DNA of 64,000 nt, from positions 64,001-128,000 of IMG/VR virus record IMGVR_UViG_3300034101_003866; one strand, given 5' to 3'. This document shows, one piece after another, positions 1 to 9,087 of the stretch. The translations under genes were made by a program, and so were the position numbers. The stretch is from a virus. The notes beneath the pieces are model-generated. The model saw only the letters and a list, made by a program, of their open reading frames with translations, searched no databases and was not told the DNA's origin. Each line of letters begins with the position of its first letter. The stretch's first letter is position 1.

Positions 1-1
1 A

Positions 2-193
2 TCCAATAGCAATAAATTATTTAATCCTCTTGGAAGTGGACTAGACGAAAAGTCATATAGTATTGTTGATAATGTCTGTAGACCATCAGACAAGTTCAGA
101 TCTGTTAATGAAAAAGTCTTTAATTTATATCTGAATTTTTTATCCACAAAGAACATATCATGGTTAACTAGAGCAGAAAGAGAGATTATATAA
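2..193 (+). CDS. hypothetical phage protein, 5'-truncated by window edge
   Basis: Frame 2 is open from the window start (SNSNKLFNPLG...FNLYLNFLSTKNISWLTRAEREII*). Its TAA at 191-193 overlaps the next ATG at 193. Confidence 0.7.
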   Translation, partial: SNSNKLFNPLGSGLDEKSYSIVDNVCRPSDKFRSVNEKVFNLYLNFLSTKNISWLTRAEREII

Positions 194-513
194 TGCCCAA
201 GCTAAATAAAACACAAAAATATGCAATACAATGGCTACACTCAACAGGATTAAGTTCCGACGCTATAGCAAAAGAACTAAACGTAACCACAGAACAGGTT
301 GTTTCATTAATACCAAAAGTAGAAATAGCAGCAAGTCCAACAACAGCGACTATTCCTTCGGCAAAAGACTTGATGATAACACATACATCTGGCAAGAAGA
401 TTAATTCTATTGCCATAATGACAAAAGAAGCATCACAGATTGGAGACGAATCTAAAAAGGCTGCTCCACAGATTAATGAAGATAAAAAAGGAATCTTTAG
501 ACCAAAGAAATAA
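193..513 (+). CDS. hypothetical protein with possible N-terminal helix-turn-helix
   Basis: 106-aa ORF coupled to its neighbours. IQWLHSTGLSSDAIAKELNVTTEQV is HTH-like. Confidence 0.65.
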   Translation: MPKLNKTQKYAIQWLHSTGLSSDAIAKELNVTTEQVVSLIPKVEIAASPTTATIPSAKDLMITHTSGKKINSIAIMTKEASQIGDESKKAAPQINEDKKGIFRPKK

Positions 514-514
514 T

Positions 515-937
515 ATGTATCCATCAAGATACTCAAATGGTAAAACCGTCTCTGCTGCTCAATACATAACAGAGTTGATATGTGAGCATAAGGCGACAAT
601 GGAAAAATTAGATCTTCATTATAGATTTTGGACTAATAAAGAATGGTCAAAGTACTATAGAGATCAGATAGCAACAGCAAATAAACTATTAAAAAAATAT
701 AGTGCCAAAGCTATTATCAGAGCATTAAATGATAAAAAGGCAGAAAGAATCTATTCTTTGCGAGCACCTCATCTATTGGCTATAATAGACCATCATGAAA
801 CTCTGCTAGGATCAGAAAATACGGAGCTAAAAGAGAATATAGATAGATCAGAGAAAAAAACTTTTAGACATAAAACAAATACAAAACAAGGCATACTTTC
901 TAAGTTAAAGGAATTAGATGATGGTAACAACTCTTAA
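515..937 (+). CDS. hypothetical phage protein
   Basis: The ORF track gives 440..937, but ATG at 515 (MYPSRYSNGK) directly follows the upstream stop at 513 and is the more likely start. Confidence 0.7.
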   Translation: MYPSRYSNGKTVSAAQYITELICEHKATMEKLDLHYRFWTNKEWSKYYRDQIATANKLLKKYSAKAIIRALNDKKAERIYSLRAPHLLAIIDHHETLLGSENTELKENIDRSEKKTFRHKTNTKQGILSKLKELDDGNNS

Positions 938-1940
938 AGAAGATGTAATTAAAAACTTTGGTGATGAAATTATACTATCTGGTAATGCCATGGTAGACAA
1001 GAAAGTATTAACCATTCCTGTTAGTCCATCATTAGACATTGCTTTAAATGGTGGCATACCAGAAGGTAGCTTTGTTGTATTAACAGGACAGCCAAAATGT
1101 GGCAAAACAACAACATCATTAGCATTTTCAGCAACGGCACAAAAAAAAGAATATGCTCATGGCTCATTTAAAGATGGTCGCCAAGTGTACTACCTTAACA
1201 TTGAGGGTAGATTGAAGAAAAGGGATTTAGAAGGAATACCAGGATTAGACCTGAGCAGATTCCATATTATAGGAAGTCAACAAGGCAAGATTTTACACGG
1301 TGAAGAATATTTGCAAATTGGTGAAAGAATTATTAATGAAATACCCGGATGTGTTCTTATTATAGATTCATACTCTGCTCTGTGTACCGAAGCAGAAATC
1401 ACCAGCGATATGGATAAAATGCAAAGAGCAGACGGCGCTAAGCTATTAGCAAAATTTTGTCGCAAAGTGGCTAATGTTATTCCTGTTAATCGTAATATTG
1501 TTATAGGCATCACTCACTTAATGGGTAATCCGACAGGTTATGGAGCAGAGTTTAAGGAAAAAAGTGGTCAAGCTATTGCTTATCAGACTGATATTAAGCT
1601 CAGAGCCAAGACATTTAAACCGTGGATCGTTGGAACAGACAATACTCAAATAGGGCAGGAGATCGAATGGCAGGTGGTCTGTTCGGCACTTGGGCCTCCT
1701 GGCGCTGTGACAACTAGCTTTGTTAGATATGGTCAAGGAATTGATAAGTATACAGAATTGATCAATTTAGCATCTGATGTTGGTATTATCAATAAGGGTG
1801 GTGCTTGGTATACAATAACCGTGCTTGACGATAAGCCAAAATTTCAAGGCACAGAAAAAGTTAGAAATTTTCTATTAGAAAATAAAGAAGCATATGATCT
1901 GGTTGAAAAGTCTGTTAAAGAGGTTTTAGGTATTAAATAA
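918..1940 (+). CDS. recA: RecA/UvsX-like recombinase
   Basis: SLDIALNGGIPEG, Walker A GQPKCGKTT, catalytic Glu in NIEG, Walker B LIIDSYSAL, C-terminal GIINKGGAWY. Confidence 0.93.
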   Translation: MMVTTLKEDVIKNFGDEIILSGNAMVDKKVLTIPVSPSLDIALNGGIPEGSFVVLTGQPKCGKTTTSLAFSATAQKKEYAHGSFKDGRQVYYLNIEGRLKKRDLEGIPGLDLSRFHIIGSQQGKILHGEEYLQIGERIINEIPGCVLIIDSYSALCTEAEITSDMDKMQRADGAKLLAKFCRKVANVIPVNRNIVIGITHLMGNPTGYGAEFKEKSGQAIAYQTDIKLRAKTFKPWIVGTDNTQIGQEIEWQVVCSALGPPGAVTTSFVRYGQGIDKYTELINLASDVGIINKGGAWYTITVLDDKPKFQGTEKVRNFLLENKEAYDLVEKSVKEVLGIK

Positions 1941-2360
1941 ATGATAGTTAAAGATCTGAATGGAAATGCGGCAAACTGGAACTTAACCGGACACATAGCG
2001 AAAGGTAGGGTTAAAGAAAAATCCTCCTTTCATTTGGCTGCTAGGAAGATATTAACAGAGATATTTCCAACACTCCAAATCCTAGAAGAAGTTCCTATAC
2101 CTTTAAGGAAATCAGAAACTCTATATTTAGACTTTTACCTTCCACTAATAAAAAGAGCAGTAGAAGTTCATGGTGAACAGCATTATAAGTTTATTCCATT
2201 CTATCATAGTTCTAAAATGAATTTCTTAAAAGCGCAAAAGAGAGACAATGAAAAAAGAGAATGGTGTGAAATAAATGGCATAAGTCACATTGTATTACCT
2301 CATTTTGAAAACGCAAATAAATGGAGAACATTAATAATATATGACAACCAGAACAGCTAA
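1941..2360 (+). CDS. PD-(D/E)XK endonuclease (Vsr/DUF559-like)
   Basis: EEVPIP...YLDFYLP...AVEVHGEQHY...RDNEKREWCEING pattern. Confidence 0.8.
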   Translation: MIVKDLNGNAANWNLTGHIAKGRVKEKSSFHLAARKILTEIFPTLQILEEVPIPLRKSETLYLDFYLPLIKRAVEVHGEQHYKFIPFYHSSKMNFLKAQKRDNEKREWCEINGISHIVLPHFENANKWRTLIIYDNQNS

Positions 2361-2838
2361 AGAAGATTTACAGCATTGGGATAATATTCTAGATGAATAC
2401 GAGTCATCAATAGCTCTACCCAAGTATTCTGCTCAATACGGAGTATCAGAGAGTGAGATTAACCAGTATTTAACAATGACACGAGACGAGCTTGAAAAGA
2501 TCTCGCCAGAAGATTGTGCTCAAATATCTTATAGATTAGCCCAATTCTCATTTCATGTTCAAAGAACAATAAATAGAGAAATTGCTAGATGCAATTGGTC
2601 AGAAGAATCTATAAAAGAAACAATAGCTGATGAGATCAATAATTATAAAGGATATGGTTTTATAGAAAAATCTCTACAAGCAATCAAACATAATGACAAA
2701 GCATCAGCATTAAATAGTATAAAGAAGTATGCTAAGCAAAGAATTGACAGATTATCATATATTGCCAATAGTATAAAAAATCTATCTGATATTATGATGG
2801 CTATACAAAGAACAAAGGTGCAACATGGACCCAAGTGA
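2341..2838 (+). CDS. helical/coiled-coil protein, possibly a UvsY-like recombination mediator
   Basis: 165-aa ORF with an amphipathic helical pattern, next to recA. The function is a guess. Confidence 0.5.
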   Translation: MTTRTAKEDLQHWDNILDEYESSIALPKYSAQYGVSESEINQYLTMTRDELEKISPEDCAQISYRLAQFSFHVQRTINREIARCNWSEESIKETIADEINNYKGYGFIEKSLQAIKHNDKASALNSIKKYAKQRIDRLSYIANSIKNLSDIMMAIQRTKVQHGPK

Positions 2839-3268
2839 GATTTTAAAAAACCCAGAACAAATCAAGGCACTAATCTCTCTTTTACAGGGGTTGGTTGACC
2901 AAGCAACTCCAGAACAAGAGCCAGAAGAAGAGACCAAAAATAAAAGAGTGGCACCATCCAAATCAGGGTCTACTATAAAAACGAAAGGTGGTCAAAAAGT
3001 AGGAAACAACAAATCGATCAAATCCAAAAAAACACAGCCAACAAATATTAATGCATTTGAAAAAATGGCTGAGTTTAGAATGCACAAGGATGATTGTGCC
3101 ATAGATAAAAAACTATGCTCAAATCAGCCTGTAGCAAGGATGAGGGAATTTGAATTCGTTGATGTTGTTTGTCGTGTTTGTGGCAAAAAGGAAACTATTG
3201 CCCCATCCCTACTATTCGATGCTCCTTCTCGATATAAATGTAATAATTGTTCAACCCAATCTGGCTAA
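2825..3268 (+). CDS. hypothetical protein with C-terminal zinc ribbon
   Basis: CRVC...CNNC at the C-terminus and a low-complexity basic middle region. Confidence 0.7.
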   Translation: MDPSEILKNPEQIKALISLLQGLVDQATPEQEPEEETKNKRVAPSKSGSTIKTKGGQKVGNNKSIKSKKTQPTNINAFEKMAEFRMHKDDCAIDKKLCSNQPVARMREFEFVDVVCRVCGKKETIAPSLLFDAPSRYKCNNCSTQSG

Positions 3269-3271
3269 AAT

Positions 3272-4741
3272 ATGATTTTGTGTGATCCGTCGGCAGAAAG
3301 AGCCATTCTTAGTGGTATCTTAAAGTATGGTGAGGATGCCTATTTGGATATCGCTGATATCTTGCAGGAATCTTCATTCACCATAGATAGTAATCAAATA
3401 ATATTCAAATGTCTGAAAAATATTTGTGAAAACGAACCAAAGACAAAAATTGATTTAGCATCGGTATATTCATCAGCACAAGAACTAGGTTTGTCTGAAG
3501 TTCTATCAAAAAAGGATGAGGCCCAGCATTTAAAGGCTATATTCGATTTTCCAGTTAATTTGGAAAATATTAGAAAATTCGCCTCCAAAATTAAGAAATT
3601 AGAAATAGCAAGACTTCTTCATAAGGAGATGGATCAGGTACAAGAAAGACTTCTTGATGTAACAGGAAGCGAATCTATATCTAATATTATAGGAATAGCA
3701 GAAGAATCCATATTTAGCTTTTCCTCTTCACTATCTAACGAGAGTGATGCTGCCCCAGCATTTATTGCTGGAGATATTGATAACTATATAGAATTTCTAC
3801 AAACAAACAAGGTAGATCAAATTGGAATATCCACTGGATTTCCTGTTTATGATCAGGCTATTGGCGGAGGATTAAGAAAAGGCACAGTTAATGTTATTGC
3901 TGCCAGACCAAAGGTTGGTAAAACATTACTCTCTGATAATATTGGGTACTATATAGCAAGCAAATTAAAAATTCCAGTTTTGAATATGGATACTGAAATG
4001 ACAAGAGAAGACCATATTCATAGAATTCTTGCTATGTCATCTGAAATTGAGATTAATAAGATTGAGACCGGTAAATTCTCTGATACTCCAAGCACTTTCT
4101 CCAAGATACAAGAGGCTATCAAAGAGTTAAAAGAAAGTCGCTTATATCATAAGAGTATTGCTGGTAAGCCGTTTGAAGAACAACTATCTATAATGCGAAG
4201 ATGGTTGGTCAAAGAAGTTGGACTTAATGACGATGGGACAGCAAAGGATTGCGTTATAATATATGACTATCTAAAGCTGATGGATAGTGCGGGAATAAAC
4301 CAAGACATGAAAGAGTATCAGGTTCTTGGTTTCATGATGACTGCGCTTCATAACTTTGCTATACAGTATAAGGTTCCAATCTTATCATTCATCCAGTTAA
4401 ATAGAGACGGAATCACAAAAGAAAGTACCGACACGGCCAGCGGATCTGACCGTATTATATGGTTGTGTAGCAACTTTACTATTTTCAAAAGAAAGAGCGA
4501 TGAAGAAATCGCTGAAGATGGACAAGACGCTGGTAATAGAAAATTAGTACCCTTAATTAGCAGACACGGAGGAGGACTAGATGACAATGATTATATTAAT
4601 TGTCACATGAAAGGGTGGTGTGCTAAGATAACAGAGGGTAAAACTAGACTAGAATTAATGAGTGGATCGAATAAACAAAAGGACGGTTTCATAGTCGATG
4701 AAAACAATAATGAAGAAGAAAACGAAATACCATTCGTATGA
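3272..4741 (+). CDS. dnaB: DnaB-like replicative helicase
   Basis: N-terminal AERAILSGIL, GISTGF, Walker A ARPKVGKT, TEM, IIYDYLKLM, QLNR, SRHG motifs. Confidence 0.95.
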   Translation: MILCDPSAERAILSGILKYGEDAYLDIADILQESSFTIDSNQIIFKCLKNICENEPKTKIDLASVYSSAQELGLSEVLSKKDEAQHLKAIFDFPVNLENIRKFASKIKKLEIARLLHKEMDQVQERLLDVTGSESISNIIGIAEESIFSFSSSLSNESDAAPAFIAGDIDNYIEFLQTNKVDQIGISTGFPVYDQAIGGGLRKGTVNVIAARPKVGKTLLSDNIGYYIASKLKIPVLNMDTEMTREDHIHRILAMSSEIEINKIETGKFSDTPSTFSKIQEAIKELKESRLYHKSIAGKPFEEQLSIMRRWLVKEVGLNDDGTAKDCVIIYDYLKLMDSAGINQDMKEYQVLGFMMTALHNFAIQYKVPILSFIQLNRDGITKESTDTASGSDRIIWLCSNFTIFKRKSDEEIAEDGQDAGNRKLVPLISRHGGGLDDNDYINCHMKGWCAKITEGKTRLELMSGSNKQKDGFIVDENNNEEENEIPFV

Positions 4742-5867
4742 TCAATATCAGCTAAAGCATTTATCTGATAAAGTATGCGACGATATTGAAAATCTACTAT
4801 TATCTTTAGGAATAGATTCCTATAAGATGCTAGATAAAATGGTTACGATGAGTTGTCCCATTCACGGAGGAGACAATGATTCAGCATTTAATCTGTATCA
4901 TCAAGGAGATACATATCGAGGAAACTGGAAATGTCGAACACATCAGTGCGAAAATGTTTTTAAGTCATCAATAATAGGATTTATTAGAGGATGCTTATCT
5001 CATCAAGAAGGATGGTCTAAGTCTGGTGATGATATGGTCTCTTTTAATGATGCCTTACAGTTTGCTATAAGCTTTAGTAAGCATGATCCGTCTGACCATA
5101 AACAAACAAGAAAAGCTAAAGAAAAAAATAACTTTATTAATGCAGTTAAGAATATAACCCCAGACAATCAGAATAAGGCTCAACTGGTTCCTAGGTCTTT
5201 AGTCACAAAAGCTCTAAATATACCATCCAAGTATTTTATAGACAGGGGTTTTTCTGAGAATATTCTTATAAAATATGATGTTGGCGACTGTATAGGACAA
5301 GGAAAGGAAATGAGCAGCAGGGCTGTGGTTCCTGTTTATGATAACGATATGATAGGAATGGCAGGATGTACTGGGCGAAGTATATTTGATAAGTGCAATG
5401 AGTGCTCCTGCTTCCATGATCCTGAACAAACATGCCCAAAAGACAAAGAACAATGGCTAAGTTCTAAATGGAAACATAATAAAAACTTTAAGACACAGGA
5501 ATACCTGTATAATTATTGGTTTGCTAAAGATATTATTTTGAAGACCAAAACTGTTATTATTGTTGAAAGTCCTGGGAATGTTTGGAGATTAGAGGAATCT
5601 GGTATACATAATTCTGTAGCTATTTTCGGATCTTCTCTGAGTCATAAACAAAAAATGCTTTTAGACATATCCGGAGCAATGAATATAGTTACCATAATGG
5701 ATAATGATGCTGCTGGCCAAGAGGCTTCCAAACAGATAGAATCAAAGTGTGGTAGAACATATAATATCAAACATATAAAATTATCATCTAATGATGTTGC
5801 AGAGATGTCTCCTGACCAAATTAAACAAGAAATTTTACCACAAATACAGGATTATCAATTATGCTAA
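4698..5867 (+). CDS. dnaG: DNA primase (Zn finger + TOPRIM)
   Basis: CPIHGGDN...WKCRTHQC zinc finger, RAVVPV, GCTGR, YLYN, TOPRIM IIVES and IMDNDAAG. The start may be 4710. Confidence 0.85.
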   Translation: MKTIMKKKTKYHSYDQYQLKHLSDKVCDDIENLLLSLGIDSYKMLDKMVTMSCPIHGGDNDSAFNLYHQGDTYRGNWKCRTHQCENVFKSSIIGFIRGCLSHQEGWSKSGDDMVSFNDALQFAISFSKHDPSDHKQTRKAKEKNNFINAVKNITPDNQNKAQLVPRSLVTKALNIPSKYFIDRGFSENILIKYDVGDCIGQGKEMSSRAVVPVYDNDMIGMAGCTGRSIFDKCNECSCFHDPEQTCPKDKEQWLSSKWKHNKNFKTQEYLYNYWFAKDIILKTKTVIIVESPGNVWRLEESGIHNSVAIFGSSLSHKQKMLLDISGAMNIVTIMDNDAAGQEASKQIESKCGRTYNIKHIKLSSNDVAEMSPDQIKQEILPQIQDYQLC

Positions 5868-6592
5868 TATTAGGAATTTCTGGAAGGAAGCAGTCCGGAA
5901 AAAGCACAATAGGCAATTTTATACTATCTCTATATCTTGCTAAGCTAGGATATTGTGAAAAAATTTATATGGATGAAGATGGTCAGTTATTGATTTCTGA
6001 TATTCTTGGAGACACTAGATACGAAGGTGTTTTTGATATTAGAAAATTAGTAGACACATATAATGATCCAAGATTTATACAAGCTATTCATAAGCTTAAT
6101 TCAAAAGTAAAAATATACAATTTTGCCGACATTTTAAAAACAGACATCTGTATCAATATGCTAGGATTAACATACGATCAGTGCTACGGAACAGATGATA
6201 ATAAGAATGAAATGACGAACATAGTATGGAACGATAAGAAGCTATCTGCTAGAGACGTTATGCAGGTAGTGGGTACTGATATTTTTAGAAAATTAGACAC
6301 TAATGTTTGGGTTAGGTCCACTATTAATAAGATCATCAGAGACAAGCCAGACCTTGCTGTTATTACGGATTGTCGATTCCCTAACGAAGTAGATTCTATT
6401 AAGCAGAGTGGTGGAAAAGTTATAAGATTAACTAGAAACCCATTTGAGTCAGATCATCTAAGTGAAACAGTCTTAGATAAAGATAGCTATGATTGGTCTA
6501 ATTTTGATTATGTAGTAGATAATTCAGACGTTACGCTTCTTGATCAATTTACTCAGATTAAAAAACTATTAGAGGAGATATTACCATTATAA
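5861..6592 (+). CDS. deoxynucleoside monophosphate kinase
   Basis: GISGRKQSGKST P-loop, FADILK, RDVMQVVGTDIFR, ITDCRFPNE, HLSE motifs typical of phage dNMP kinases. Confidence 0.88.
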   Translation: MLILGISGRKQSGKSTIGNFILSLYLAKLGYCEKIYMDEDGQLLISDILGDTRYEGVFDIRKLVDTYNDPRFIQAIHKLNSKVKIYNFADILKTDICINMLGLTYDQCYGTDDNKNEMTNIVWNDKKLSARDVMQVVGTDIFRKLDTNVWVRSTINKIIRDKPDLAVITDCRFPNEVDSIKQSGGKVIRLTRNPFESDHLSETVLDKDSYDWSNFDYVVDNSDVTLLDQFTQIKKLLEEILPL

Positions 6593-7626
6593 TAACATAC
6601 TTTAGGAGTAGCTCCTATAATACTCATAGCATGTGCGAACAACAGTACTTTGGTGAGTACGTACTGGGCTGGAGAGGATTGTCTGGCCAAAAAGCAGATA
6701 AAGGAACTATTACTCATAAAGTTCTTGAAATTTTAGCGGTTATGAAAAAAGCCGAGCAAGATGGACAAACTACTATTGATGACGATCTTATCGGATTAGT
6801 TGATATTAATAATTATGATTTAAATAATTTAATAGAGAAAGTATATACCTATTATACTAATAATGCTCAACACCATAAATGGTCGGCCAAAGATCATAGA
6901 GACTGTAAAGACTGGGTTTATAAGGCTATAGAATTTAATGGCGGGATGTTTGATCCAAGGAAAAGAAATATTCTTTGTCCAGAACAACACTTTGATTTTG
7001 AAATTAAAAAACCCTGGGCTAAATACTCTTATGATATTGGCGGCGAAAAACTTGAGGGTAATCTAGCACTAAAGGGTACTATTGACTTAATAACACTGGT
7101 TAATGATTCTACAATAGAAGTAATAGACTGGAAAACTGGAAAAAGATTAGATTGGGCTACTGGAGAAGAAAAAACCCAAGAAAAACTAGAAAAAGATCCA
7201 CAGTTAAAGATTTATCACTATGCAATAAAACATCTTTATCCTCATATTAAGAATATAATATTTTCAATATATTTTATTAATGATGGTGGACCATTCTCCA
7301 TTTGTTTTCATGATTCTGATCTAGCATCAACAGAAGATATGTTAAGACAAAAATTTGAAGCAATTAAAAGCACTAAAAAGCCAAGGTTGCATAAAAGCTG
7401 GATGTGCAGTAAGTTGTGTCATTTTGGCAAAACAACATTTGATGGAACTCATATTCAGCCAATAGAGGAATATAGAGATGGACAAGTATGCAAATCTGGT
7501 CAAACCATGACAAAGTGCGAACAGATAAAACATGACCTTGATCTTTATGGAATTGACACTACAATTGGGTTGTACAAGAACAAAAATCACTCGTTTGGAA
7601 GTTACAAAGCCCCCGGATCAATATGA
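6586..7626 (+). CDS. Cas4/AddB-like PD-(D/E)XK exonuclease with probable Fe-S cysteines
   Basis: RSSSYN..SMC, GTITHKVLE, EQHF, KGTIDLI, VIDWKTG, QLKIY, C-terminal CSKLC...C. The first ATG is at 6631, but the frame is open from 6562 and an ATT start at 6586 follows an SD. Confidence 0.82.
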   Translation: MIITYFRSSSYNTHSMCEQQYFGEYVLGWRGLSGQKADKGTITHKVLEILAVMKKAEQDGQTTIDDDLIGLVDINNYDLNNLIEKVYTYYTNNAQHHKWSAKDHRDCKDWVYKAIEFNGGMFDPRKRNILCPEQHFDFEIKKPWAKYSYDIGGEKLEGNLALKGTIDLITLVNDSTIEVIDWKTGKRLDWATGEEKTQEKLEKDPQLKIYHYAIKHLYPHIKNIIFSIYFINDGGPFSICFHDSDLASTEDMLRQKFEAIKSTKKPRLHKSWMCSKLCHFGKTTFDGTHIQPIEEYRDGQVCKSGQTMTKCEQIKHDLDLYGIDTTIGLYKNKNHSFGSYKAPGSI

Positions 7627-9038
7627 CAAAAACATATTCAGTTCTTCATGCTCATTCTCACTATAGTCTTTTAGATGGAATTAGTAAGCCTAGTCAAATA
7701 GCAGAGAGATGTGTTAATGCCGGAATTAAAACCTGTGCAATAACTGATCATGGAACTATTTCCGGATGTGTTCAGTTCTATCAGGCTATGAAAGCCAAAA
7801 AAATTAAGCCAATATTAGGTTGCGAACTTTACATACCTAAAAATGATTCATTCGTTAAAGAGAAAGAGAATAATAATCTGAGTCACTTCTTAGTTCTTGC
7901 TAAAAATTTAGCCGGATGGAGGACTCTTGTAAAAATCATATCTGAAACTAATAGAATAGACAACTTCTATCATAAGCCTAGAATTAGTTTTGATAGATTG
8001 GCACCTATGCTGGACGGAAATATAATAGGATTTTGCGGACATTTAGGATCTAGCATATCCGATTTGGTTGAAGAAAATCCTGATAACTATACTGATAAGA
8101 CAATATCCTTTATAGACTATATGAAAGAAATATTTGGCAAAGATAATTTCTTTCTAGAAGCTCAACTTATGGATCAGGAACTGAATCCTAAACAAAAAGA
8201 AATGACAGATATAATGAGACAATTATCTGTTAAGACTAAAACTAAAATAATAGCCACTCCAGATGCTCACTATTGTGAAAGAAAAGATGCTATTGATCAA
8301 AGGATTTTATTATGTAATAATCTTAAGACAACTTTGATAGACATAAATAAGAAACTCTTGGCTAATGAGGACGTTCCAATGAGTTGTTTCTTCAAATCAG
8401 ATAATTATCATATTCCAGATCCAGAAGAAATGATAGAATGGCATACCAAAGAAGAAATTGAAAATACTTTATATGTTGATTCAATGTGTGAGGAATATTC
8501 TATTCTTAGTAAACCACTACTTCCTGCTTTTGAATGTCCAAATAATTCCAATCCAGAAGAATATCTGAGACAATTATGTAGAGATGGTTGGAGAGAAAAG
8601 ATAATGAATGATATTCCAGAATCTGAGCATACCAAATATGCAGACAGAGTAAAATTAGAATTAGATATTTTACAAAAAGCTGGACTATCTAGTTACTTTC
8701 TTATAGTACAAGATATTGTAAACTATGTTAAAAAGAGCGGGTGGCTTCCAGGCCCAGGAAGAGGATGTTTTGTGCCTGATACGAACGTTAAAATGCACGA
8801 CGGCACAACAAAAAAGATCTATCAAATCAATATAGGAGACATTATAATAGATGCCTATGGAAATCCCCAGGAAGTTTATGATACTTTGCAGTATGATATT
8901 AATGAAGATATTATTGAATTAATATTTGAAAATGAAAAAACTATTAGATGCACTAAAGACCATAAATTTTTAACAAAAAATAGAGGGTGGGTAGAGGCCC
9001 AACATCTATCAAATATAGATGATATTGTAGAAGTTTAA
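7623..9038 (+). CDS. dnaE: DNA polymerase III alpha part 1 (PHP domain + start of palm) fused to N-terminal split-intein half
   Basis: HAHSHYSLLDG, AITDHG, KPILGCE, DAHY, YFLIVQDIV, GPGRG, then intein CFVPDT... up to the stop. Confidence 0.95.
   Translation: MTKTYSVLHAHSHYSLLDGISKPSQIAERCVNAGIKTCAITDHGTISGCVQFYQAMKAKKIKPILGCELYIPKNDSFVKEKENNNLSHFLVLAKNLAGWRTLVKIISETNRIDNFYHKPRISFDRLAPMLDGNIIGFCGHLGSSISDLVEENPDNYTDKTISFIDYMKEIFGKDNFFLEAQLMDQELNPKQKEMTDIMRQLSVKTKTKIIATPDAHYCERKDAIDQRILLCNNLKTTLIDINKKLLANEDVPMSCFFKSDNYHIPDPEEMIEWHTKEEIENTLYVDSMCEEYSILSKPLLPAFECPNNSNPEEYLRQLCRDGWREKIMNDIPESEHTKYADRVKLELDILQKAGLSSYFLIVQDIVNYVKKSGWLPGPGRGCFVPDTNVKMHDGTTKKIYQINIGDIIIDAYGNPQEVYDTLQYDINEDIIELIFENEKTIRCTKDHKFLTKNRGWVEAQHLSNIDDIVEV
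8766..9035 (+). other. split intein N-half (IntN, 90 aa)
   Basis: Block A CFVPDTNVKMHDG, INIGD, block B IRCTKDHKFLT (TxxH), RGWVEA, then a stop codon. Confidence 0.92.
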
Positions 9039-9060
9039 AAAGAACCCCTTCCTAGACTTT

Positions 9061-9078
9061 TGGTGTATGTTTATATAG
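9061..9078 (+). promoter_or_regulatory. putative phage-specific promoter motif (TGGTGTAT + AT-rich tract)
   Basis: Intergenic TGGTGTAT 19 nt before ATG 9088. The same motif occurs upstream of three other genes. Confidence 0.5.
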
Positions 9079-9087
9079 AGAAATATT

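Noticed and set aside
186-599. 137-aa minus-strand ORF and other short antisense ORFs in the replication block
   Set aside because: They lie opposite well-coupled + strand genes and have no recognisable motifs.
6586-7626. CRISPR-Cas locus around the Cas4-like gene
   Set aside because: No repeat-spacer array and no cas1 or cas2 are present. The context is purely replication genes.
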